Source of the DNA: Octopus bimaculoides
Taxonomy: Eukaryota
Assembly: GCF_001194135.2 (NCBI RefSeq)
Contig: NC_068988.1
Location: 48,361,728-48,396,832 of the forward strand
Direction: 5' to 3'
Length of the DNA: 35,105 nt
The notes under the pieces were generated by a model. The model was not told where the DNA came from. It was given only the letters and a program-made list of their open reading frames with translations, and ran no database searches. Numbering within the stretch: the stretch's first letter is position 1; each line of letters begins with the position of its first letter. Below, piece by piece: positions 1-10,810 of the stretch. Position numbers and translations under genes: made by a program.

Positions 1-40
<40 letters not shown>

Positions 41-298
41 AATAGGATATACGCGTATAAATGTTAACCTAGTAGCCCACATATACACGCATATTTATAT
101 ATACATATACATGGATTGAAACATATATACGCGCATATGTATATACACACATGCACACACACACACATATACTCAACAAGAGTATCGTTCGAAAGCAACT
201 CTAGTATGCAAACTTTACAAATATGTATTACTTTTATTTTGTCTTTTTCTGTCCACTCTTTCATCGTACCTTTCTCTCTCCATTCCCATGTCTATAAA

Positions 299-476
299 TT
301 CTTCTTCTTCTTCTTCTTCTTCTTCTTCTTGTTCTTCTTCTTCTTCTTCTTGTTCTTCTTGTTCTTCTTCTTCTTCTTCTTCTTCTTCTTCTTCTTCTCC
401 TTCTTCTTCTTCTTCTTCTTCTTCTTCTTCTTCTTCTTCTTCTTCTTCTTCTTCTTCTTCTTCTTCTTCTTCTTGA

Positions 477-520
<44 letters not shown>
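299..520. repeat. Compound microsatellite (TTC)n followed by (ATT)n
   Basis: Directly visible: TTC repeats with a few TTG interruptions at 299-474, then ATT repeats at 478-520. Confidence 0.97.
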
Positions 521-989
521 GTTAACATTTTGCTGGACAATAAGTTTTGATGAATTATCGTCTTTAAATGTGTTTTAAGGTTTTGTAGCTGTCAAAAACA
601 AATTCAATTTTTCCCAGCGGATAATGTTTTGCGCATCACCATATTCTCAGAAACATATTTCCATTCCGTATTTATATATTTAATATATTTTTATTAGCAT
701 ACATCTTCTTATGTTTGTTCTATAAAATCCCGTGCAAAACGTCTCATCTATAATACATTTAATTCTGCAATGTCTACTGTCTGGAATATAGTTGTGTCAC
801 AATAACTATGTAGAAAAATAAACGTGTACACCTATACGCGTATTCCTTTATGTTCCTTTGTATTCTCTATATATTTACTCATATGCATGTTAGCTCGTAG
901 GTATGTCTCTCTGCTGTGCGGTCTGTACTACGAGCAACGAGTCTTCTCCAAATATCCCGATTATTTGCTTTCCTGTTATGTCTATCAAT

Positions 990-2015
990 GCTGATTCACA
1001 TCGCCGTCACATCGTCCTGGAACTTACATCATGCTCGTTGTTTCTGTAGCAGGTGAACGTCTTTATGGTCGCATGAGTGTTTTTTCATCAGGGCAACCTG
1101 TGCATTGTGAACTTGGCATTGAATTGGAGGAAGCGGACTCCTTTGGTCAGTATGCCACGACTCTCTGCTTTGATGGGGTCCCGCAATTTCTGCAGTAGAG
1201 AAGCATAACATGCTCCATTAATTGTGGTGCCCTTTGCCAGAAAATCCATCATCACTACTTCGTGATTGTCCCAAAAAACTGTGAGCATTATCTTGCCTGC
1301 TGAGGGTTGGACACGTGCCTTCTTCGAAGGTGGTGAGTTATCATGCTTTTCCATTGCTTCGATCGGACTTTAGACTCAGGATCATAATGATGAACCCATG
1401 CTTTTTCCTGCGTGATAAGTCTGCCGAAAAAGTCCTACTCGTTTTCTTGGCATATTGTCAAAAGTGCCTGGAAGCGATTGACTCATTCTTGCGTCCGAAA
1501 AGTTGTGAGCATCCGGAGAATCTACCGTGTAGACAACTTCCGCATGTGCAAATGGTCGCGAATGATTTTTTTTCCCTGAACCCTACCCTTATCGTTATTC
1601 CTTAGGCTAGTTGCGGTTATGGTGCAAAATGGCGGCTTCTACTTTATGGATGGTGTTGTCATCAAAGGTGGAATGTTGTCGTCCAGGAATAGGAGCAATT
1701 TCCACCAATGTCCGATCTCATGTGAATAGGCGATGCCAGTGCTTGTCTACATCGAATGATGGTGTGGTGCATCGTCACCATAAATTATTTTCATGTAATT
1801 GAAAATATCTTTTGGTGTACGTCCTTTGAAGTAAAAGAACCTCATCTGATCTGCATTCAACTTCCTCCATTTAGTCCATTTCAGCAGCCGTGAATGACAA
1901 ACGGATACTAGTGGAAAGCTGCAATTCAGAATGTGACATATTGTTACCTGTACAAGTTTCGACTCCTGCAATAACCGGAAGTGGGTCAGAGGAAATATTT
2001 AATGAACATCCTTCG
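990..2015 (-). mobile_element. Decayed mariner (DD34D-type) DNA transposon with transposase pseudogene
   Basis: Minus-strand translation gives mariner motifs across frameshifts and stops: N-terminal RFFYFKGRTPKDIFNYMKIIYGDDAP, then LHMRKLS, LITQEKAWVHHYDPESK, SKKARVQPSAGKIMLTVFWD, KGTTINGACYASLLQKLR and KGVRFLQ-NA. A mariner-like terminus CGAAGGATGTTCATTAAATA lies at 2015-1996, next to (GATA)n. The YSPDL motif and the other TIR are not recognisable. Confidence 0.9.
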
Positions 2016-2018
2016 AAA

Positions 2019-2019
<1 letters not shown>

Positions 2020-2059
<40 letters not shown>

Positions 2060-2095
2060 CAGACAGTCCGATTGATAGCCAGACTGACAGATGTT

Positions 2096-2166
<71 letters not shown>

Positions 2167-2177
2167 GTGTGTGTGTG
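2020..2177. repeat. (GATA)n and (GT)n microsatellites
   Basis: Directly visible at about 2020-2060 and 2099-2177. Confidence 0.95.
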
Positions 2178-3652
2178 CTTCAATACACTTTGTATCCAAA
2201 GATTGCATGCGTTGCGTTGTAATGTATATGCATTCAAATGCAAAATGCTTTACTGATGCCCATGACAGAAGTAAGTCGAATTATATCAATTTCGTCCATG
2301 GTGAATTTGAAAATTTCTCCGCGTAGTTTACATTTGTCAACCATAGTCATCCAGGAGTGCAAAATATCCTCCGATGCTTTCTCTAAGAAAGCTGTAGAAT
2401 CTAATTGGAAAAAGCAACACGAGTCTCCTTTGTTTATTCACTTTTTACACCAGTACACTTGTTTAAAGTACCGTTAAACTGATCTCTGTGTACAATCACT
2501 ACACGTTGAAACAGTCGTCTCGTTCATCGTCTGCAAAAACTAACAAAAAATATTTCAAGCAGTGAAATATATTTTATGCCGCGAGGAAGAGAAGTCTCGT
2601 TATTTTATGCCTTGCAGCATAAGATTTATTCTAATGTTTGAACTATTTTAAATGTGTCGCTCTGCCATATTTTTCTTCCTCTTTTTCTTCATTTTCTTGA
2701 AAATTTATATTCATTTCCTTCTTCAATTTTTGCATTAAGCTATATGAGTCTGTATTTTTTTTATCCTCTAGGCCTCAATACACTTATCTCATCGTAACTG
2801 CCTCTTTCCTGTTGTTTCTCCGTCCTTTTTTTTTCTATTCTAGGTCTGGTATTTATATATTTGTTAATCGATTTCATTTGTTATTATCCACCTGTTTCCA
2901 CACACGCACACACGTAATATTTGGACAAAATTACGCTATTGCATTTTGAATTAACGAATGCTTTAGAATTCGAGAACTGATGTCGTACATTTCATATTTT
3001 TGCATCCACTTCTGTTTCATATTTCCTATTCCAGAGTTCCACCACACCATCTCCCGCTATCGTAAGATTTTCGATCTTGAATAGTTGTATTAATGTTATT
3101 TATTATTCATTTTATATCAAATTTCTTTTCTTTTTCCTCCTTGCCTACGTTTATGTCTTACCCATTCATCTCCCAGTTTTATTTCATATTTTAAATATAT
3201 CTCCCTATGCTTTCTCGACCGCGTTGCTTTAAATGATCGTGTGTGTATATGTGAGCGTGGGTGCGTGCGTGTGTGTGCATGTGTCGATGTGTGTGTGTGC
3301 ATACATGTGTATGTGTTTGTCTTTGTGTCCGTGTTTTTTGGTGCGTTATGTCACCGCTACCTGGCGGTTCGCAAAAATAGATCGATAGAATAAATACCAG
3401 ACTATACAAAAAATATATATATATTACTAGTGAGGTAGATTTGTTCAACTAAAATGCCTCAAGGTGGTACACAGGTGTGGCTGCCTTCTAATAACTAAAA
3501 CAAGATATATACACGCATATAATATAATTATAACATTTATTTCAAATTTTGGGGCAAGTCCAACAAGTGATGGGGTGGGTGAAAGTATGTTGCATTTTGT
3601 CCGGTGCGATAAGTATTCTGCCAGCTCGCCGCCTGTAATATATAAATATAAT

Positions 3653-3976
3653 ATTCTTTTCTACTCTAGGCACAAGGCCCGAATTTTTTTTGGGGGGTGG
3701 GGNNNNNNNNNNTTTTTTTTTTGGGGGGGGAGTCCATTAGATCGACCCAGTACGCAACTGGTACTGAATTTATCGACCCCGAAAGGATGAAAAGCAAAGC
3801 CGACCTCGGCGGAATTTGAACTTAGAACGTAAAGACAGACAAAATACTGCTAAGCATTTCGACCGGCATGCTAACGTTTCTTATTTCTTTATTGCACACA
3901 AGGGGCTAAACACAGAGGGGACAAACAAGGACAGACAGAAGGATTAAGTCGATTACATCGACCCGAGTGCGTAACT
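3653..3976 (-). mobile_element. tRNA-like SINE (family A), dimeric copy interrupted by gaps
   Basis: Reverse-complement match to the plus-strand copy at 19898-20332. Shared parts are the B-box-like GAGTTCAAATTCCGCCGAGG core, the tail CCTTGTGCCTAGAGTAGAAAAGAAT and the same monomer junction AATAAAGAAATAA|GAAACGTTAGCA at 3881/3880. Confidence 0.85.
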
Positions 3977-4133
3977 NNNNNNNNNNCGTGCGTGCGTGCG
4001 TGCGTGTGTATGTAACGACTTCTTTGCCACTAACCTGTAAAGGTTTTCCACCTCAATCAGGTCTCTAAATCATATAAGTAGCTTGGGATTACATATCTGC
4101 ATTCACGCCCGAAAATGTTTAAATATTTTTCTC

Positions 4134-4408
4134 TTTAACTTGTTTCAGTCATTTGGTGGAGCACCGCCCTGGTTGAATTTTAGTGGAACAAATCGACCCC
4201 ACGATTCCTTTAAGCCTAGTGCTTGTTATCGGTTTCTTTGCCGAACCGTTAAGTTGTGAGGACGTGAAAACACCAATACTGTTTGTCAAGCGGTAGCAAG
4301 GTACAAACACAAACACAAAATGCATGCACGCACGCGCATAAGCACACACACACACACACACACACATACGACAAGCTTCTTTCAGTTTCCGTCTATCAGA
4401 TCCACACT
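4134..4408 (-). mobile_element. SINE family B (CORE-like), copy lacking the tRNA head
   Basis: Colinear similarity to 20466-20878: TTTCAGTCATTTG..GGAGCACCGC..ATCGACCC, an internal (CA)n, and CTTCTTTCAGTTTCCGTCTA. Confidence 0.8.
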
Positions 4409-5490
4409 CGTTCAAAGAAAGACTTGAATGTAACTACAGAGACATGATTAAATATTCTTGGATCCAAATGCATGCAGAAGAAAATATAGAATCACCAGTT
4501 GCACATTCAAATGGTATCTAGACATTTTATAAATGTCTAGATGTAAAAAGAAATATATTGACTTCAGTTGCAGGTAAGTATTACGTATTACTGCAAAGGA
4601 AAATGTATACGGCATTTATTATTTATGCACAGTTGGGAAGCTAAAGTTATTAAATTACTTCATGGTCTCCCGAAGAAGCGAGAAGATATTTTCTTGCTAC
4701 GTCTTATAGTAAAGAAATACGTATATTTCAGTTTGTAAAGTAACCTTGTGACGATGGATTTCGAACTGCAAACCAAATGAACAAACAACCTAGCAGTCAC
4801 CTCCCATATTTAGCAATTGATACCTTACGTAAGACCAGATCTGACATTTAGTTCCACCTTTGAATAAATAAGTGACATTTCTCTTCTGAAAGAACATTTT
4901 TTGTCTATACACCATTCGCCACTAGAGGTATCAAGGTTATTAAGTCAAGCAAAAATTATTTCTGCTACCAAAATATTGCCACCAAGAAGTATGATGTCTC
5001 TTCTTAAAGAAAATGCTCTTCCGTAGATAGAAATTACCAAAGTTTGCAAGTGTCTTATGTGGTCTGTGTAAATGAATGTGTGAGAATCCGATACCATCTT
5101 AGATAAAGAAACATTTTCATTACAGTACAACGTGCCTTCCTGTTCGAAATAAAATGGAATTTAATGTAACGGTAAACTACATAAGCTGCATACATATAAA
5201 TATACTTCACAAAATGTATTGAATAACTTTCCTCTTTTTCGTTGTAAATAACGTATATCTACGTGTGAGTGTCATTTTCTCTTGCTTGCTCTTTCCATCA
5301 CTGTATATATATATTCGTGTGTGCGTGCGTGTGTGTGCGCGTGTGTGAGGTGCAGCTGCGTATTACATTTGTATATTTATTTGTGTGTCTGCATATATGT
5401 TTATTTCTGTATATAAGCAAATAGATTCACAGTCATATATATATATGCAAATAAAGTCAGACACAAATGCATACGCACATATATACAATT

Positions 5491-5521
<31 letters not shown>

Positions 5522-5859
5522 CACTGACTCATTCACTGTACGTACATGGCACATACATTCGCATACACATAAATAAGGAAAAGTAACGACATACACAGAT
5601 ACAAAACTGATTAAAATGGCTTTCCGTGTGAATATACGTTGCATGCGATGCCAAAACCAGATAAATACACTGCATTGCAGCACAAAGGTGCATGCAATAT
5701 GCACTATTGCCCATTTACACACATGCCATTCTCCACATTTGTCTCTTTTAGAACACGTCTAACCTCACGAAGATTTCTAAACTATTCTTTTTATTTCCCT
5801 TCTTTCATTTACGCTTAATGTTACATCCTACTCTACAGACACTGAAAAAGTGTGTGTTT

Positions 5860-6830
5860 TGATGTTGCAGTTGTTCTCGTTCGCGTCGTTGTTGCTGTTG
5901 TTGCTATTATTGTTGTTGTTGTTGTTGTTGATGATGATTATATGGTTGTTGATGGTGTTGCAGTTATTGTTGGCGTAGCTGTTGTTGTTATCCCTGTTGT
6001 TGCTGTAATGGCTGTTATGCTTATTGCTGCATCCACTGTGATTACTTTAGTTTTGATTTGTTTTGCTTTTACTGACGACGATGTTGTGTTAAAGATGCTG
6101 ACCGTGTTGTTCTTGTTATAGTTTTTGTTTTTGCATTCCTTACAGCAGTTGTTGTTATCATTTCTGATAAAGCTATTGTGTTATTGCAACTGTTGTTACC
6201 ATAGATGTTGTTTCTGTTGCTGTTATAGCTATTGTTTTTCTTACAGCATTTTTCATTTCTGTTATGATTGCCGTCGTAGCTGTTACTTTTGTAATGTTTA
6301 CTGCTACTGTTGTTAATGCTATTCCTTTTGCTGTGGCTATTGTTGTCGCTGCCGTTATAGAGCTTATTTCTGTTGTGCCTACTTTTGTGATTGTTGATGT
6401 TTTTGTTACCATAGCTGTTATTTCTATCGTGTATAATCTCATTGTTATTATAGCTGTTATTACCGCTGTATTTTCTGCTCTTTTAGCTGTTGTTTCTGTT
6501 TCGTTTACTGCTCTTATTCATTTTGTAGTTGTTATATTACTAACACAATCCTTGATCTTAAATCTATTCTTTCTATTTTGATTACCGTTGCTGTTTTATC
6601 ATTGCTATGTAGCTGGTGTATCATTTCTAATTATCCTCATTGATGCTATAACTGCTCTAATTACTGTTTTGGACATTTCTGTTTCAAATGCAGATATGTT
6701 TCTGCAGTTCTATTAAAGCTGCTGCAATACTCTTGCTATTGTCGCTGCACTGCATATAACTGTTTGCATTGTGATTATTCATTCTGTGGTAGGTATTATC
6801 ATTGGTAAAGCTATAGCGGTTGTTGTCGAT
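5860..6830. repeat. Long degenerate trinucleotide (GTT/GCT/ATT-type) low-complexity tract
   Basis: About 1 kb of short-period GTT/GCT/ACT/ATT motifs. It produces V/A-rich and T-rich pseudo-ORFs. Confidence 0.8.
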
Positions 6831-7677
6831 GTTTAACTTCAGACCAAACATGATCCAATAGATTAGACTAGATCTATAATCTAAGACACTTCAGCCTTGT
6901 CCCACTCTATATTTCAGATAAAAATGTATATAGGACTACATCAATATGTCCTTTTAAACACGCATCGTATTTTTCGATTTGACCTATGCTTCACTCAAAT
7001 CTGATGACAGCATACAAGTTTTCTCAGCCACTATTATTGTTGTTCTAATTATTGCTGTTTACTTTTAAGGTAGTGTTTTTCTGGCTGCCAAATTAATCGA
7101 CTCAATTATCTTGAAATTATTAAATTTATTGCGTCGTGAAGTAAAAGGGGAAAAAATCGTGAAAGGAAGCACATAACCTACTTCCTAATCATGAATATCA
7201 GATAATCCTAGTTCCTTTCTCTAAATATGTGTGAAGATAGATATTTTTTTTTCGTTTTCGTTACGTAAGAAATCAACCTTATTGTGGATTTGGTTTTGTT
7301 CGCCGTATATATTATCTAGGCTGTTGAGATATTGAGAATGAGCAAGAGATACTAAGATATAAGGATACAGAAACAAAGAGACGAAAATATCAACGGAAAA
7401 GACAAATAAAAAGACGAGAAATGGTAGGTAGATAAGTGACGGAACAGATATAAAAGAATGGAAGTACAAGAACAACACAGATAAGTTGTGTGAAATGTAG
7501 ATGCTAAGCTCTACTTTTATACGCATAAAAATACTTGATAGCAGAGCAAATAGACTGATCGATACATACATGGATAGACTAAAATATACATACATGCATG
7601 CATGCATGCATGTATGTATATATGTAGGTGTGTGCATATATATATGTATGTACATACATACATGCATACAGAAATAA

Positions 7678-7714
<37 letters not shown>

Positions 7715-7762
7715 NNNNNNNNNNNNNNNNNNNNNNNNNNNNNNNNNNNNNNNNNNNNATAA

Positions 7763-7829
<67 letters not shown>

Positions 7830-7832
7830 TGT

Positions 7833-8047
7833 GTTGTACTTTCTAAAAGGATTCAAGTGTGGATCTGGATCTGGAATCAAGAATTTAACACGAAAAGGTT
7901 TCTGCCAACAACGAAACAAGGTAGTTATCCTGTGATGGCCTGGGTGCAATTTGGAGCAATGGCCAATCAGAGCTGGATGAGTGTCATGAAAACATAGACT
8001 CAGATAAATATGTGTCCATATTGCGGAAAGGACTCTTTTCAATCTTC
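7833..8047 (+). mobile_element. Internal Tc1-like transposase fragment (second copy)
   Basis: Colinear with the reverse complement of 9843-10052. It translates as QVWIWIWNQEFNTKRFLPTTKQGSYPVMAW against QVWIWICDQEFNTKRFLPTTQQGSYPAMAW in the other copy. Confidence 0.9.
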
Positions 8048-8300
8048 ATTTGAATGTCGTGTGTGCCAGTGGACTTGCAAATCCAATGGGGGTCTTAAAA
8101 GACATGTTAGGATCCACAATGAGCAGAACTTACCTGCAGGTATTGGTAGTACAAATCAGAGGTGTAATCTGTGTGGATGTTTTTTTCAAAACATTGTCTG
8201 GTTTAAAGAGCCACATCGGACGCCCTGAAAGGGCTAAGGTTTAGGTGCAGGAAGTGGTCAAACTCTGTTTAAAGAGTAGACAACCACCATATATATATAT
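8048..8300 (+). mobile_element. 5'-truncated RTE LINE 3' end with two C2H2 zinc fingers and an (AT)n tail
   Basis: Encodes FECRVCQWTCKSNGGLKRHVRIH and CNLCGCFFKTLSGLKSH (frameshifted). It is homologous to 15289-15560 on the minus strand, and both copies end in GAGTAGACAACCACC(AT)n. Confidence 0.85.
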
Positions 8301-8375
8301 TGATAAAAAAGACAACAAAAAGAAGAGAACTCGATATTATGTAAATAAAATAATTTATCTGTAAAAATATGTGAC

Positions 8376-8547
8376 AATTACTCGGTAGCAATGATAAAAC
8401 TCCGAGTTTCGGATGTCAGGGCGGAAACACACGCCGCCATCTCTTCAGTTATCTTCAGTTATCCGGCCAGATAACTGAAGAGATGGCGGCGTGGGAATCC
8501 GCCCCGGCATCCGAAACTCGGAGTTTTACTATGGCTACCGAATAATT
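8376..8547. repeat. Long inverted repeat / palindromic MITE-like element
   Basis: The arms at 8382-8454 and 8469-8541 are 73-nt reverse complements with 8 mismatches by manual alignment, and the match extends to AATTA/TAATT flanks. Confidence 0.92.
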
Positions 8548-9544
8548 CTACCTGGTCTCTTCCACAGAAATGAATGAAGAAAAAAAATGGGGAGTGGAAA
8601 ATGGAGAAAAGAAACGGTGTTTGGATTGTGGCGGTATATTGTATATGATTCAAAACTGTCAAAACAAAAAAAATGACAAACAAGAAGAATAGATAGACGA
8701 GGGAACAACAAACAAAGTGTGGTGTTAGCTTGACACTCAAGAAAAATGGAAGAATCTTTGATGTTTCGAACCTACGCTCGTCTATAGAAAGGAAAAGCCT
8801 GAAACGTCAAAGACTTTTCCATTTTTCCTCAATTAAAACAAATTCAAAATTTCAATTTCAGAACATAAGACTTACCACGTCATCTTGTGTATGGTCGCAA
8901 TTCAAATGGATACAAAACCTAAAACAAATGTGTGTGCGTGTGTGTGGTAGGATCTTTAATAGCCATGGGTCAGTTTAAGTTCAATCGTAGAAAGGAATTC
9001 AAAACGGCAACACACGCAATCATATACATATAAACATACCCATACATACACACACATACCTATCAGCCACACCCAATAGCCAGTTTGTTTGTTCCAAAAT
9101 TTTGACCACCATTCAATATATATTTGCACACATACACACACATACACACTCATTCAGCTTTTCGCTTTTATTCATTATTTCTTTTCCTTTTAGTCGTCTG
9201 TCACTATTCTATTTTTAGTTTTGTTTGGCGGGGGGGGGGTTCACTTTAGCGACACTTGATACGCATGATGCCAGAAATTTTCTTACGTGGAAACATTTTT
9301 TAAGCTTTTGAAAATTTAAACAATAAAAAAATGGTTTTCTTTAACTGACTGTCACAGGCATGTAAAAATATGGCTACTACTCGTTAATTTTAAATTAAAC
9401 TTATCAAAGTTGAGTGTCTTCCAGCGCCCCTGTAGAGCCCTGACATGTCTCTTAACGCCTCCCTAGTGCCTCTTTGCTCCAAAACACCCCCACCGAGCTC
9501 CAAATGTATCTCGGGGGCCATACGGCCCCCGTTTAGAACCTTTG

Positions 9545-10641
9545 CTATAAAGCATGCTTTTGGGTAGATGAATATTCTCTTAGAGAATTTCTTGCCAAGT
9601 TTCATGCAGTAATCTCAAAAGATCTGGCTTTGGGGTTGCTTTCTTGTTCTATTTACGAAGTGTTCTGTTCATTACACCCTAGAGGGATACTTTAGGTTTC
9701 ATATCTGGTGACTGGTTTGGCCAGGGAAGTTTCCTAATGCCATTCTTTTCCAACCAATCTTGGGTCTTTTTAACCGCGCATCAAGGAGTCCAATCTTCCA
9801 GAAAAAAAAAACCCAGTCTGCTTTAACCATTTCACCGCTGGAGAAGATTGAAAAGAGTCCTTTCCGCAATATGGACATATTTATGTGAGTCTTTTCATCA
9901 TACTCCTCCAGCTCTGATTGGCCATTGCTCCAAATTGCACCCCAGGCCATCGCAGGATAACTACCTTGTTGTGTTGTTGGAAGAAATCTTTTCGTGTTAA
10001 ATTCTTGATCACAGATCCAGATCCACACTTGACTCCTTTCAGAATATACAACATTTCTGGACTCATCAGTGAATATGATAGTGTCCCAAACTACTAGCAG
10101 CGACTCCATCATCTCACTGGCCCAATCGTTTTTTTCCACTTGATATTGGTTGGTTGAAGAAGTGGCTTCCTTCTTGCTGCTCTGCCATAGTAGCCAAGTT
10201 TGTGGAGATACTTGACAGCTCTTCTGGGACTGACATCAACTTGTTCTGCTATGCCAGAGGCCTTGCAATGAGGATTATCCTCCACACTTCACTTAACAAA
10301 CAAAGGGTCCTGTCAGAGAGCGCAGGTCGAACTGAGCAAGGAGATGTCGACTCGTTCCCCTCTCTGGTGAACTGTATACTCACCCTATTAACTGTAGTCA
10401 GCGGGATCCCAAGATTTTCTGCGATTTTACGTTAGGTCCACATTGAGTTTGACGCACAATACGGCCTCTATGAAATTTAGACAGTTCCAAGGCTTTTTTG
10501 TACGTGGCATGATTAAACAATTTCATATAGAACCTGGAACATAAAAATGTCCATTAATAAAAAAAAGTTGATCCTTTTCAAACTAAAAGAAAAATAATGC
10601 TCTGTTTTATGGGGCATCATTTTACTTCTGTCATGTCTCTG
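9545..10641 (-). mobile_element. Decayed Tc1-like (DD34E-type) transposon with transposase pseudogene
   Basis: Minus-strand motifs across frameshifts: [15 protein letters not shown] (HTH), YGRAARRKPLL, WDTIIFTDESR (first catalytic D), AMAWGAIWSNGQSEL, KTQDWLEKNGIRKLPWPNQSPDM and LLHETWQEI. A candidate 5' terminus TA|CAGAGACATGACAGAAG lies at 10641. Confidence 0.9.
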
Positions 10642-10810
10642 TATACGTATGTATGTATGTATGTATGTATGTATGTATGTATGTATGTATGTATGTATAT
10701 GTATGTATGCATGCATGTGTGCATGTATGTATGTATTATATAGGTAGGTAGGTAGGTAGGTAGGTAGGTATCTGTGAATGCATGTGTGTCTGTGTGTATG
10801 TATGTATGCA
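10642..10810. repeat. (TATG)n/(TAGG)n compound microsatellite
   Basis: Directly visible. Confidence 0.9.

Noticed and set aside
64-550. Poly-F/S/K/N ORFs
   Set aside because: They are translations of the (TTC)n/(ATT)n tract.
4516-4542. Perfect 12-bp hairpin ATCTAGACATTT-TAT-AAATGTCTAGAT
   Set aside because: It is short and AT-rich with no supporting context, so chance is plausible.
4430-4580. Plus-strand exon ending at a strong CAG|GTAAGT donor
   Set aside because: All frames have stops shortly upstream, and there is no convincing acceptor.
4945-5130. LRR/Toll-like pseudogene reading (HLQTLVIS, LLGGN, LNNLD)
   Set aside because: The spacing does not fit the LxxLxLxxN consensus consistently.
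8010-8228. Stand-alone C2H2 zinc-finger host gene
   Set aside because: The fingers are the 3' end of an RTE LINE, and the apparent N-terminal 'CPYC' is out-of-frame Tc1 sequence.
9220-9545. piggyBac-like MITE suggested by GGGGGCCATACGGCCCCC and a G-run
   Set aside because: The two ends do not match as TIRs, and no TTAA TSD pair could be found.
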